A DNA stretch of 64,000 nt from contig OX597834.1 in assembly GCA_951406725.2 (NCBI GenBank), forward strand, positions 18,042,001-18,106,000, written 5' to 3'. This DNA is from Octopus vulgaris (lineage: Eukaryota). The notes under the pieces are model-generated. The model was not told the DNA's origin. It saw only the letters and a list, made by a program, of their open reading frames with translations, and did no database searches. The position numbers and the translations under genes are program-made. How positions within the stretch are numbered: position 1 is the stretch's first letter; every line of letters starts with the position of its first letter. Shown piece by piece: positions 1 through 12,863 of the stretch.

Positions 1-999
1 GGTCCTTATGATCAAAAATTTACTTGCCTAACCTCTCATCCACATGTATTCTCAACGCATTTAGTGTGGCTGTCGTGAGCCCCAGGACTAATTAAAGCGA
101 GAGCTAAACATTATTTCCAGGATGTCTAAGTGAGTGAGATTACAACATTCACCCCAAAACGGGACGTCGAGTAGACTTCCTAGTCTTTGCTGGAATTAAT
201 TTACAGCTGAGAGGACTAGGGAAACGTAAAATGAAGTGTTTTGATCTCCCAGTCTGGAGATCGAAACCATGATCTTGTGGTCATCAATTTAACCACCTAA
301 CCTATTAGGCCATGCGTCTTCAATATACTCAATGTTATGAGCATTAAATAACTAATGGAAAAATACTAATGCCACAGGGAGGTGGGGTAAAGCAACATAG
401 ATTCTGATTGCTACGTTATTGTTTGCAACAAGAATGGGAGACAACTTCATGCATGTTTCAGCTTTATTAAATCTTTTCAGTGAAGCCTTGACTTTATTAT
501 ACTTGCCAAAGTAATGATGAAAGAATCACTGAATAAATGTGCAATATTGTACATGATCAAACTAACCCCAATGTATGACTGGTACTCATGTTGTTAGCAC
601 CCTACCTGGAAAGCTGAAAGGTGCTGTTGACTTTTGTGGGATACATTTTTGTTTTCTTTTTGTTTCTCTCTGTAAGCAGGTTTAACCAGGTATATTAAGT
701 CATTTTGTCTGACACTTTATTGATTCTGTCTCCTGCCATACTTTGATTCAGTAAATTATTAAGAAACACACAGGCTTCAGTATAACATGTATGCAGTGTG
801 TGCGCGTGTGTGTGTGTGTGTGCGTGCGTGTATGTGTGTTGGCAATAAAAGCTTGTAAGAATGATAGGATTATAGAATTGGGTGCTGCAGGGAGAAGAAG
901 GAGAAGAAAAAGAGAGAGTTTCACAGGAAATTAAGGGAAGCTACATTTGGCCATGCACCAACTGTGTACTGGTTGTTTAACAAAACAATTATGCATGCA

Positions 1000-1185
1000 T
1001 CATACATATACATATATACATATATATACATATACATATATATATATATACATATATATATATACACATATATATATACATATATATATATACACATATA
1101 TATATACATATATATATATACACATATATATATACATATATATATACATATATATATATACACATATATATATACATATATATAC

Positions 1186-1216
<31 letters not shown>

Positions 1217-1267
1217 CATATATATACATATATATACATATACATACATATATATATATATATATAC

Positions 1268-1350
<83 letters not shown>

Positions 1351-1518
1351 CATATATATATATATATACATACATACATATACATATACATACATATACA
1401 TATATATATATATTCATATATATACATATACATATATATACATATATATATACATATATATACATATACATACATATACATATATATATATATACATATA
1501 TATACATATACATACATA

Positions 1519-1562
<44 letters not shown>

Positions 1563-1640
1563 TTTACATATATCTACATACATATGTACATAGACATATA
1601 CAATATATATACACACATGTATATGTATGTGTGTGTGTGT
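1000..1640. repeat. Compound (TA)n/(TACA)n microsatellite
   Basis: Near-continuous TA/TACA/CA tract; explains the YI-rich ORFs at 921-1646. Confidence 0.97.
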
Positions 1641-1921
1641 GTACATGGGTTAATGTATGTATTTGACTGGTGGCAATGGCCAAGCTGGTGCCATGCCAAA
1701 CTGGATATTCATTCATATAATTCGTATAATTTTGATGCTTCCTTGTACTCCTTGTTCAAATTATTCCCAAGTCGCCTTTGTCTTTTGTTCCTTTGTATGC
1801 AATAATCAAATCAGAACCAGTAATATACTGGGGGAATCAGTTCAATCATTATACAGCTCATTCCTTACAAAGAACAAAACCAAAAGAGAAAACAAAAAAA
1901 AAAGATTCCTGAAAGAATGAA

Positions 1922-2515
1922 CCCTTTAGTATTTAAAACGGCTGAATCTGGCCCAGATATTTTACCTGTTTTATGCACAAACTTGCAGCCCAGGGGTCCC
2001 ACTGTTTGGTACAATCATATTAGAATTCTTACACTTTTGATCCATAGAGTATATTGGCCAGAATACTGGGGTAGGTGGCCAGGGCTTTCCCCAGGCCAGA
2101 GCCGTTTAGCCAGCATACTTACCATATGCCGTTGCCACCCCCCCAGCACCATGGTGAGGAGAACGGTTGGGCTTTGGAGAGTGGCAAGAGAGGAAGAGGC
2201 CGACCAAGAACCCGCTGGCTTGACACCATCAAGAGTGATACCGGAATGGACATAGCCAGTCTGAAAGAAGCGGCCCAGGATAGAACTGACTGGAGGACAC
2301 TGATCCAAAGAGTAATCGAGAGTCGACTTCGACTGAGAGGATAGCTAGATAGATGCACAAACTGGCCAGATCCTGTCTCTCGTACCTATTGCACAATGTC
2401 ATTCTAAAAACAGAGTCGCATTATTGAAATCTCGAAGCTACAAGATAACACATAATTCAAAACCATAGGAATAAATAAACATTACATTTGAGAGAGTAAT
2501 CCGAATGCTAACGAG
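1922..2515. mobile_element. TTAA-type (piggyBac-like) MITE interrupted by an RTE insertion
   Basis: Starts ccctttagt and has a degenerate right end gaatgctaacgag. Body matches copies at 7456, 26184, 38272 and 56280. Split by the 1984-2352 insert. Confidence 0.8.
1984..2352 (+). mobile_element. RTE-clade LINE insertion: 3' ORF end preceded by an apparently inverted 5'UTR piece
   Basis: ~2176-2344 encodes ESGKRGRGRPRTRWLDTIKSDTG...DRTDWRTLIQRVIESRLRLRG*, a typical RTE C-terminus, with a (TAGA)-like tail. 11-bp TSD atgcacaaact at 1973-1983 and 2353-2363. Confidence 0.88.
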
Positions 2516-2712
2516 CTAAAGAATTACATTTTGATAGAATTATGCTATTAGTTATTGAAATACAACAGACGGAATAGTGGTGGTGGTGTAGGGTGAGGCA
2601 TGGAGCGCTTTGAACAACTATAGCCTTGGACCAACCAATGCCTTGTGAGTACGTTTGGTTGATGGAAACTGTGTGGAAGCCCATTCTATACATATTTATA
2701 TATATATATGTA

Positions 2713-2819
<107 letters not shown>

Positions 2820-2867
2820 GGAAACTGTGCTGAAGCCCATTCTATATGTATTTATATATATATATAT

Positions 2868-3018
2868 ATCATTTAACGTCCGCTTCATGCTAGCATGGGT
2901 TGGACGGTTCAACTGGTCTGGGAGCCCGAAAGCTGCACCAGTCCAGTCAGATCTGGCAGTGTTTCTACAGCTGGATGCCCTTCCAACGCCAGAGAGAGTG
3001 GGTGATTTTATGTGCCAG
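2868..3018 (-). mobile_element. RTE-type 3'UTR repeat (family D), truncated
   Basis: Contains catgctagcatgggttggacgg...ctggatgcccttcc, shared with 30760-31400. Confidence 0.8.
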
Positions 3019-3049
3019 AGAGAGAGAGAGAGAGAGAGAGAGACTGAGT

Positions 3050-3413
3050 GAAGGTGCATGACTCAGTGGTTAGAGCGTCAAGCTTACAATCATGACGTTG
3101 TGAGTTCGATTCCCAGACTGGGCTGTGTGTTGAGTTCTTGAGCAAGACACTTTATTTCATGTTGCTCCAGTTCACTCAGCTGTAGAAATAAGTTGCAACA
3201 TCTCTGGTGCCAAGCTGTATCAGCTTTTGCTTTTTCCTTGGATAACATTGGCGGCATGGAGAAGAGAGGCTGGTACGCATGGGCGACTTCTGGTCTTCCA
3301 TAAAAACAACCCTAGATTGTACGTTCACCAGTGAGGCAGCTTTCTGCCCAGACTTGTACTCCAGAGGGGAACTTCTTAGGTGCACCCATGGTCATCCATG
3401 ACCAATGGAGTCG
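3050..3413 (+). mobile_element. tRNA-derived SINE (family C)
   Basis: Box A tgactcagtgg, box B gagttcgattc, body ttgagcaagacactttatttc...; near-identical to 10672-11006. Confidence 0.85.
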
Positions 3414-3414
3414 A

Positions 3415-3457
<43 letters not shown>

Positions 3458-3460
<3 letters not shown>

Positions 3461-3564
3461 AAAGTTTACAAAAAAACACAAAGACAGGTAGTGTACAAAA
3501 CAAACGAACGGATGTATTAGTATAACGCTCAGGAATAGAAAAAGTCTTTTACGTTTCGAGCCTA
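3458..3564 (-). mobile_element. Truncated Penelope-type end with 3' half of a hammerhead motif
   Basis: Minus strand ggctc-GAAAC-GTA-aaag; related to the 22964-23158 family; cut off by a (GA)n tract. Confidence 0.5.
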
Positions 3565-4384
3565 GAGAGAGAGAGAGTTTAGGTAATATTACGTCTGATG
3601 ATGTAATATAACAGGTACTTACAATTAGGGCTCAGGATAACTTGCTGCCTAACACTCCAGCTTCAACTGCAACTGAAAGCAAAGAGGTAATGAAGATTGG
3701 TTGTAAGCATTTTTTTTTCAATTGCACAGATATGTGATTAATGGAATAAAATAATAAACAGGAAAACAACTGGTATCAGGATAGACTTTGGCATTTATAT
3801 ATTGAAACAGGAGAGTTGAGTGGTTATGTCATACAGATCATAAGAAGGAAATAAGTAAGGTGTGCAGATAGTTTTTTTACAGCTGTTTCGTAAATAGATG
3901 CATAGATGATGCATTTCTTTGAAACCAATCTACATTCAACATTACAGTTGCGATTTATTCCATCACTGGAGGGAGAACAAGGTAGGGCTTTAGTAGAGAG
4001 CTTTGGTTGAACACTAGTGTAAGATATAGAGGAAAATTTGAAAGAAGAGAGGATTGTATATATGTGTGTATATATACGTATGTTGGTGCAAACAGAAAAG
4101 CAGAACTCAAAAAATGAATATATGTATATTACACACACATACATACACACACACACACACACTCAAACACACACACATATATATATGGATATGTGTATGT
4201 GTGTATGTATTTATAAAGCCAGTGTATTGTTTATACACTAACTCTAAATATTTCAGATAAGCGGATTCAATCTCGTTTTGGAAATGACACAAATACATGA
4301 TATTGATAGCTGCAACAAGGACAAAGTATATAATATGTCGCTCCTTCAGTTGCATCAGGAGCATTTTGTTCCACTTAGCTCTGC

Positions 4385-4887
4385 ATCAATGAACAGGGCC
4401 TTAGGTTCAATTCAGATGGCTATGTGAAGCTACTGGAGTCTGTGGTCAAACCCTGGCTGGAGAGGGTTGCTGCTGGAAGGCTCTATGTATTATAGTAGGA
4501 TCTAGCTCCTTGCCATACATCTAGAAAGGATTAATAGTGGTTTGTAGGAGAATTTCTGACCTCTTAATTCTTCCGGTTGTAATCCCATGGATTGCTATGT
4601 GTGAGGCACAGTCGAGAAAGACACTAACCGCTCTGCCTGCAACTTCAAGATCAGTGAGGTATTTGAAGATCTTTTAAGGGTCACAGTGAAGAATGCATGC
4701 ACCAGGTTCTGGAGCCATTTTGAAGCTGTGGTGGAAGATAAGGGTATCTACTTGGAGTAAAATGTTATCTCACAGCCATAGATATTTTTCAATATTTTAA
4801 AATAGTGTTTATTTTTAGATGGTATGTTGTGTTTTTTTTTTTCTTTTTTTTATGCAAATTGTCAAATTTAGCCTAAACGCCCTGTAT
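4385..4887 (+). pseudogene. Tc1/mariner (maT/DD37D-like) transposase C-terminal remnant
   Basis: Conceptual translation GLRFNSDGYVKLLESVVKPWLERVAAGR..DLAPCHTS..*PLNSSGCNPMDCYV*G (cf. WPPNSPDLNPLDY) ..NACTRFWSHFEAVVE, with stops. Ends ...ccctgTA. Confidence 0.78.
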
Positions 4888-5363
4888 ATCTATGAGCTGG
4901 TCAGAAAAGCATGATGAAATACAACGAAACATTAATGCAATGGTACAGTCAAGCTTGAAATGTCTATCATCATTTTTCTTTCCATGATGTAACTGTTTTG
5001 CTTTCAGGAGACATTTTCATATGCCACAAAGCTATATTAATAACCTACCCAGTTTTCTTTCAGGAAGCAAATGACATGAACATCACACCATCCCTTTTCT
5101 TCAATCTTACCAAAAAAAAAAACAAAAAAAAATTTAATGTCTTGCACCTCAAAAAATTCATTGATCTCTACTCCATGCAAAGTTAAGTAGGGAGGACTAT
5201 GAACCTTGATGTATCATCATCTTCTTCATCATCATCATCAACCCCTACTCATTACAGTCTCATAAAGTGGAAAAACCCTAAGCACTAGGTCATGCCTCTT
5301 CACAATATACTTAATATATGGCGACAAAAAAAAAAATGCTTAATCAATTTGAATTAAACCCAA

Positions 5364-6444
5364 CCCTTTCGTTACCAAACCGCCCAAAGCCGCCCGAAAA
5401 AAATTTTGGTTTATGAAACCAAACCGCCCAAAGCCGCCCGAATTTACCTATTCATGTTTAAATGAGAATATCAGAGCAAATCTCTTCAGTACATTCGTGA
5501 AAACACGTATTATACTTCGTAAACAGTTCAACTACAGTTTTGTACAATAATCGAAGTGTAATTTTAATTCCGTGAATTTTGGGAGATTTTTTTCCGAAAT
5601 TTGTTCCTATTGTGTTTTCAAAATTTGTAATTCTGACAAAAAATGGATACGAATTTCATTATATCAAGCAGCGAGTCAGAATTCGAAGGATTTTCTACTG
5701 AAGACCTTCATAAATCTAACTCTATGACTGAAAAAAAAAAGCACATGGTATTTGATAATGAATTTGATGTTTCATTTTCCGAAAGTGAAAACAGTGAATC
5801 TGAGATCTCCGATAGCGATAAAGAAAACGAATTGGCACCTGAATGGAGTGAAAATTTAAAAACTGTTTCTTTCGGTGATTTTTCTGCAGAAACTGGACCA
5901 AGCCACAGACTTTCCCAGAAGGGTAAAGCCTTAGGCTATTTCTATTTACTTTTTCGAACGAGCCTATTTGAAATCATTACAGCGAAAACGAACCGTTACG
6001 CTAAACGTAAACAAAACGAAAGAAAGGATAGTTTGTTATTTCCCACAACCTTAAATGAAATTAAGGCCTATTTTGCCATAAATATTATTATGGGTATCAG
6101 AAAGTTACCCAGAATAACAAATTCTATCGTAAAATTTTGTTGTATACCCAATTGAATATTAGCTAATATTTTCTATAGCGATGTTTGAACAAAATTTTAA
6201 TAATTTTATATTTTGTGGAATTTACCTGTATCTACCTGCAAATAGAGTCACTTTGTGACAAAAATTATAGTATAGAATTGGTTGAGAATATTTCATTAAA
6301 TTATCTCCAAAAATCAGATTAATATATCGATAAATAAAAAAGTTATAGTTGTTTAATGAAACCAGACTAAATTTATGATTACGTTAGAAATTAATTGAAA
6401 CACATAAGGGGTGTAATTTGGTCAGAAATATAGTAACGAAAGGG
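5364..6444 (+). mobile_element. Internally deleted piggyBac DNA transposon
   Basis: TIRs ccctttcgttac / gtaacgaaaggg with TTAA on the right. Subterminal 25-bp direct repeat accaaaccgcccaaagccgcccgaa occurs twice. Confidence 0.88.
5643..6155 (+). pseudogene. piggyBac transposase N-terminal fragment (PGBD/DDE_Tnp_1_7-like)
   Basis: Acidic N-terminus, then YFYLLF..LFEIITAKTNRYA...TTLNEIKAYFAINIIMGIRKLPRI. Catalytic domain missing. Confidence 0.85.
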
Positions 6445-7455
6445 TTAATGAAAATAAATATCATTAGTATTAATGAAAATCTGTGACAAGAATTGTAAGG
6501 GAGGCAACTCCCTAATATAAATTCAAAGTTGAATAAAAGGCATGCAAAGGCAGTTTGATGTTTGGTAAGTAAGGTGACAATTCTTGGCATGATTCAGTCT
6601 TATCAGAACTCCTCAGTGATATATATCTTTACTAAACTTGCTAGACTCTAGAATGACTGAAAGAATATACAGATTTAGATTGGAAAAATATTTGTTGATT
6701 TAGAAATTTAAAATAGTTCCACTGAAAAATTTCCTGGTGATGACTTCTGCATGAAAAACATGTAGCCAAGTGTGAGCTAACTTATCTAATGCCTTAATTT
6801 TAGTTTTACTTTTTAGGTTTGTCACCAAAAGCCTACAAGCTCATAACATTAATTATAATTAGTCCACATTTCAAAAACATGATTAAAAACAGATTGCAAT
6901 TATACTAAAGTATTATCTCTGAAACTTTGTTATGTCCAAAGGGGAAGTAGCAATAAATATTTAATGACAATCAAATACAATGGTCATTATATATTGGGCT
7001 CTTTTCCATTGGTCAACAGCCAAACCTTGTTACTAATTAGCAGATTTTGCCTGAAATTCTTCTTTTCATTTCAGGAGAGTTATTATGCAAATAATAAACA
7101 CAAACAGGGATTCTAATTCACTTCTTTCTGATTTATTTGTTAACTGAACTATTTAAACCAATTAACTAATCAACTGTTTGATTAATCATTCAATCATTCA
7201 ATCAATCAGTTGGGTTCATCAAAGTCCTTTCATCATTATTCATGACTCCATCAATAATATGCCTTCTCTACATCAGGTCTACTTCAAGTCTGCAAAAATG
7301 AAACATGTTTTTTTGATTGCTTAGTTTTAGATGGACATTATGCATACCTGTTGCAGACCATTCTTTCCATTTCTTTATAGAATGCATTATTCTGTTCTAT
7401 ATTGCTTCAGGTGATTCTAACTGCCACAGCTTTTACTGGTTTCTATGGCATTTAA

Positions 7456-7675
7456 CCCTTTAGTATTCAAAGCAGCTGTATCAGCTCCACTCATTCTACC
7501 TGTTCTATGTTCAAATTGGCAAGATCTGGTTTCTCACACCTACCTTACAGTGTCATTTTAAAAATAAACAATCACATCATCAAAATCTCAAAGCTAAAAG
7601 ATAATACATGATTAATTTAAGACCACGTTAATAAATAAGCTTTACATTTAACAGAATAATCTGAATGCTAAAGGG
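7456..7675. mobile_element. TTAA MITE (~220 bp, piggyBac-type)
   Basis: TTAA-ccctttagtattca ... tgaatgctaaaggg-TTAA. Confidence 0.88.
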
Positions 7676-8417
7676 TTAAGTGACTAAAAGCAAAATACTA
7701 CTCCCCAATCCCAACCCATAAAGGGATGCTAGTCCCTTGAAGGGACAATTCCCAGTTGTTACTCGTGCTTATTTTCAATTTAGTGGACTAAAGCAACATT
7801 AAATTAAGTGTTTTACTCAAAAACACAATACACTGTCCAGTCTGGGAATTGAAACCACAACCTGACGGTCATGAGTAAGTTATGTGCCTTTACATACATA
7901 ATGTAGTGAGTATAAAAAAACGATATTCATTGAGTTAGTCAGGTGTGGCTGTGTGGTTAAGAAGTTTGTCAGCTCCTGGTTCAATTCTTTTGCACAGTAT
8001 CTTGGGCAAGTGTCTTCCACTACAGCCCTGTACTGATCAAAGCCTTGTGAGTTTTTGGTAGATGGAAAGTGAAAGAAGCCCATCGTATGTGCATGAGTGT
8101 GTGTGTGTGTGTCTCCTTGTCTTGACATCATGTGACAGCTGTGAATGAGCATCATTGTCATTCATGTGATGTTCATTTTCATTCTTCATGACAGAACATG
8201 TCTGGCCAAGAGGAAACGTTGCCTTGCTTGGAAACGGGTGCAGGGTGACAACGGAATGTGCATCTGGCCACAGAAAAATCTATTTCAGCAAATTGTGTCT
8301 GACCCGTGCATGCATGGAAAAATAGGTCATTAAAACAAAAGTGAAAACAAAAACAACAGCCAGGTAGGGTTAACTTTTGTTATCAATGAAGCAAGGAGTG
8401 GAGTTGACCAACATATT

Positions 8418-8631
8418 CTTTTCTACTCTAGGCACAAGGCCCGAAAGTTTTGGGGAGGGTTTAGTTGATTAGGTCAACCCTAGTACACAAACTGGTACTT
8501 AATTTATCAACCCCGAGAGGATGAAAGACAAAGTCAACCTCGGCAGAATTTGAACTCAGAACATAAACACAGATGAAATATCACTAAGTATTTTGCCTGG
8601 CGTGCTAATGTTTCTGCCAGCTCACCACCAT
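8418..8631 (-). mobile_element. tRNA-derived SINE (family B, Meta-domain-like)
   Basis: Reverse complement of gaggttgactttgtctttcatcctctcggggttgataaattaagtaccag. 16-bp TSD agttgaccaaYatatt at 8402-8417 and 8632-8647. Confidence 0.85.
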
Positions 8632-8658
8632 AGTTGACCAATATATTAATAGTTCTTA

Positions 8659-8880
8659 AGGCAGCAAGCTGGCAGAATTGTTAGCACACTGAGCAAAATT
8701 TTTAGCAACGTTTCAACTGTCTTTACGTTCTGAGTTCAAATTCCACCAAGGTTGACTTTACCCTTCATCCTTACGGGGTCAATAAAATAATTACCAGCTG
8801 CAGACTGGGATCAATGTAACAAACTTGCTCCCACGCCATTCCCAAACTTACTGGCTTTGTGCCAAAGTTTAAAACTAATA
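8659..8880 (+). mobile_element. SINE family B, diverged
   Basis: gctggcagaattgttagc...gagttcaaattcc...gttgactttacccttcatcc; head-to-head with the preceding copy. Confidence 0.78.
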
Positions 8881-9169
8881 TACTAATAATTCTAAAAGCA
8901 AACCTTCTCAGTGTTCACTGAAACATTGCTGTCCCTCTTTCTCCCCCTTCTTCTCTCCCACCTCTTTCTGTCTCTGGCCGAAAGGGGAACGATGGTTGGT
9001 GTAATTAAGGCCAACGTTTCACTAGGGTTCTCTAACCTTTAGGTCTTTAACCTCACTCTCTTATAATTATATCAGAAGCCAAAATAAGACTTATTGAAGC
9101 TGACCTTGTAGCTAACGAAAGAAAATATATATGTCACAGATATCAGTAAAGAAAAACTAAAACAGGCGT

Positions 9170-9740
9170 TGGGGTGGCGGTGGTGGTGGTTTGAGACAGG
9201 TCATTAGGGTGCTGTTGGTAGTATTTTGTTTTTGTGTGTGTGGTGATAGTCATGGTTATGGCTGTGGTGGGTTGGCAGTGGTGATTGTTGTAGTGATAGC
9301 TATTTAAGCAATAGTAGTAGTAGCAGTGATGGTAATTGTGATGATGGTGGTGGTGGTGGTAGTGGTGGTATTTGTGGTGGTGGCAGTGGAGGTGCTAGTG
9401 TTTGTGGTAATTTCTATAATGATAGTGGTTACAGTGATGGTGGTGGTGGTGGTGCTGCTGCTGCTGGTGCTGGTAATGATAGTGGTGGTGGTGCTGGTTG
9501 TGGTGGTGGTAGTTGTGGTGGTGGTGGTAGTGGTGGTGGTGGTAGTGGTGGTAGTGGTGGTGGTGGTGGTGGTGGTGGTGGTAGTGGTGGTGGTGGTAGT
9601 GGTGGTGGTGGTGCTGGTAATGATGGTGGTAGTGGTGGTGGTGGTGCTGCTGCTGCTGGTGGCAGTGCTGGTGCTGGTAATGATAGTGGTGGTGGTGGTG
9701 GTGGTAGCTGTGTTTGTGATAGTAATATTTGTGGTGGTTG
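9170..9740. repeat. (GGT)n/(AGT)n trinucleotide low-complexity tract
   Basis: Direct inspection; source of the poly-T/V/H/P ORFs. Confidence 0.95.
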
Positions 9741-10039
9741 TAGAATCCCAATTAAAAACCAATTAGACATAAATTACCATAGTCACTCACATATGTGAAT
9801 ATGATATTGAATTACCTTCCTCTAGGTTGAGAGTTCAAACCAGCCACAGATAATTCATTAAGCCCTTACCATTATTTATTCCCAGTGCTTTGAATTAATC
9901 ACTCATTATCTGTTAGCTACAAGATTTCAGTGGTGTGTTTGTACATTTTTAGAATGACATTGCAGGGTAGGTGTGAGAGATTGGAATCTGGTCAGTTTTA
10001 ACATAAAACCAGTAGAATATTTGGGCCGGATTATATGCT

Positions 10040-10365
10040 AAAGCGGAAAGTGTAACCTCTCGAAAGAGCTGTTCTTCACTCCTGCTCCAGAGCGTCGGCT
10101 GTGGGGTTATTCTGAAAAGCTCTACCTGCGACGATTTCATCTCAATCGAAGGAGAGGAGCTTTCTCCGTCCGGGTTGCGAATCCGTGGAACAAGCTGCCA
10201 GACGAGATGGTGAAGATGCCGACGACCGCTTTGTTCAAAGTCTCCCTTGACCTCAAGTGGCCTGAACTCTTTACATGAACACCACCCTGTACTTAACTCC
10301 ATGTCCCCCCTACATGGCCTTGCTATTTGCTTTTGAGCCCAAAATTAACTAACTAACTAACTAAA
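10040..10365 (+). mobile_element. CR1-clade LINE 3' end inserted in a TTAA MITE terminus
   Basis: Encodes ...FFTPAPERRLWGYSEKLYLRRFHLNRRRGAFSVRVANPWNKLPDEMVKMPTTALFKVSLD*. Has a (TAAC)n tail and ctaaag on both sides. Paralogue at 25405-25890. Confidence 0.87.
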
Positions 10366-10671
10366 GGGTTAAACTTTGTGGTTAGAATACTTTATTCTAA
10401 TCTGTAGGGTTTTGGTTCGCCACACTGTTAGGAATGGATATTGCTAGATTATCCAATAATGTTAGCTGCTATAGAATAGATGTGTCTTAGAGGAAACCTT
10501 TATCATTCATTCACTTAATACTATGAAACCAGAAGGAAAAAAACTGACAGACTTGCTTTGTATCCTTTTAGATATTGGAACATCTTCTAGCTTGTAGAAT
10601 CAAGCAGTTGAAAGAGAGGATAATTGCAGAAGATGAATTAGCGTGATAGAAGAGAGTTATGTTGGGAGGAA

Positions 10672-11006
10672 GGCGCATGGCTCAGTGCTTAGAGGGTCGA
10701 GCTTACGATCATGAGGTTGTAAGCTCGAATCCCAGACCGGGCTGCATGTTGTGTTCTTGAGCAAGACACTTTATTTCACGTTGCTCCAGTTCACTCAGCT
10801 GTAGAAATGAGTTGTGACGTCACAGGTGCCAAGCTGTATCGGCCGTTGCCTTTCCCTTGGATAACACTGGTGGCGTGGAGAGGGGAGGCCGGTATGCATG
10901 GGCGACTGCTGGTCTTCCATAAACAACCTTGCCCGGACTTGTGCCTGGGAGGGTAACTTTCTAGGTGCAATCCCATGGTCTGTGTCGTGACCAAAGGGGG
11001 TCTCGA
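10672..11006 (+). mobile_element. Full-length tRNA-derived SINE (family C)
   Basis: Pol III A/B boxes; 13-bp TSD atgttgggaggaa at 10659-10671 and 11007-11019. Confidence 0.9.
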
Positions 11007-11895
11007 ATGTTGGGAGGAAATAAAGCAATTGGGGTGATAAGTGTGGAAGAGGGGAGAAATTGGTGAGACAGTGCTGGAGGAGAAATAAGAAACAGTTAAG
11101 ACTGGGTGCAATGGGATTTGGTAATGGTAGCAGTAATGTGAAAGAGACACTGATGGGGGCTATATGTTTGCAAGTAAGTGAGAGAGAGGGGGCAGTTGTA
11201 GAAATGTTTGGGGTTAAGAGAACATCTGAGTCTACTCAGTTGGCAACAATGAACAACATCTGCATTTCAAAGGAATGGAAACAAGGGGTGCAGAAGGTGC
11301 AAGTGCACCCCCTAAAATGTTTTGGTGGGGTGCAAAATAAAAATTAGAACCCCCTACTTACTTTTCTCAGGTTTAGAAAACTGCATAAAAAGGGATCTGT
11401 AAAAAGTAGCTTGAAGCTAATGGGCATCAGTAATAAGGGTTTTGGAGAAAGAGGTGTCACAACTACCAGTATAGTAATGGAGGGTAGGTAGGTGGTTATT
11501 GTATTGATTTTGAATTTTTATGCTACATTTTGTAAACAATGCCATCGTTGGTAACAGGTTTCCAATGACAACTTCTGAGTAAAACCAGAACAGAGTACAT
11601 GTGACATATCAAAAGCAAACCTCATCTCAACCTCAAATGAACTATTTCTCTATTACAAGTGCAATCGTCCACAAGCCACCCATTCTCAGAATTAAGTTTG
11701 CTTGTTCCACCTCTGAAGTCACAAAGCCAAACTGACTTCTTGACATCAAAGAGTCTGGAACACCACTTGAGTGCTACATCCACCCTGTTTATCTGAGAGT
11801 AACTCTGGACCACACTCTCTCCTTTCATCCTTGGTGTCTTTTGTTTCAATTGATTTTTAAAATAATCAAGAATTTAGTAAAATAATTTTATCATT

Positions 11896-12234
11896 ATGGC
11901 TTCCGTGCCGGTGGCACATAAAAGGCACCATCCGAATCATGGCCGATACCAGCGCCGCCTTGACTGGCTTCCGTGCTGGTGGCATGTAAAATGCACCAAT
12001 CCGATCGTGGCAATTGCCAGCCTCGCCTGGCACCTGTGCCGGTGGCACGTAAAAAGCACCCACTACACTCACGGAGTCGTTGGCGTTATGAAGGGCATCC
12101 AGCTGTTGAAACACTGCCAGATCAGACTGGAGCTTGGTGCAGCCTTCTGGCTTCCCAGACCCCAGTTGAACCGTCTAACCCATGCTAGCATGGAGAACGG
12201 ACATTAAACGATGATGATGATGATGATGATGATG
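11896..12234 (+). mobile_element. RTE-type 3'UTR repeat (family D) with (GAT)n tail
   Basis: Internal repeats of tgccggtggcacgtaaaaagcacc, then aagggcatccagctgt and a (gat)n tail. Confidence 0.85.
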
Positions 12235-12532
12235 AAAGCTGTGTTTAGAATATAAATTAACATGGAATTTTTATGGAAAATTTTAATTCAGATCAATTTA
12301 AAATAGAATTTGTATCATAGAAACACGGGCAGTTTCTGGTAGTCTGGTATCAAAGTGGTTAAGGAACATGGTAGCGAAGACACATGGCTAAGTGGTTTGG
12401 GTATACAGCTCACAGCCATAAGGTCATAAGTTCTATTCCCTGCTGTGGTTTATGTCTTTGAGCAAGATATTTTATTTCATGTTGCTCCAGTATACTCAGC
12501 TGGCAACAATGAACAACATCTGTATTTCAAAG

Positions 12533-12792
12533 GAATGGAAACAAGGGGTGCAGAAGGTGCAAGTGCACCTCCTAAAATGTTTTGGTGGGGTGCAAAATCA
12601 AAATTAGCACCCCTACTTACTTTTCTCAGGTTTAGAAAACTGCATAAAAAATGATCTGTAAAATGTAGCTTGAAGCTAAGTTTCTTCTCAAAGAACAAGG
12701 AACAAAAATAAATAAAAATAAATAAAACCTTATTTACAAAAAATTTTGGATCTGGGTTTGCACCCCTAAACAAATTTTGTTCTTGAGCCAGT
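12533..12792. mobile_element. ~260-bp insertion with 8-bp flanking duplication (possible hAT-type MITE)
   Basis: tttcaaag on both sides (12525-12532, 12793-12800) and repeated ggggtgca/gcacccc motifs; no clean TIR seen. Confidence 0.55.
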
Positions 12793-12863
12793 TTTCAAAG
12801 GGTCAGCTTTGTTAGATTCTGTGTCACACTGAGTCTCCCTGAGAACTACTTTAAAGGTACACA

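Noticed and set aside
921-1646. Long YI-rich ORFs (also 27732-28508, 58797-59135 and others)
   Set aside because: Open only because TA/CA microsatellites lack stop codons.
3622-3675. Possible small minus-strand exon (ttcag...GTAAGT)
   Set aside because: Stops in all three frames from the first acceptor; could be UTR but cannot be supported without transcripts.
9304-9770. Poly-Thr/Val/His/Pro ORFs resembling mucin or formin
   Set aside because: A trinucleotide tract open in several frames on both strands, with no flanking coding context.
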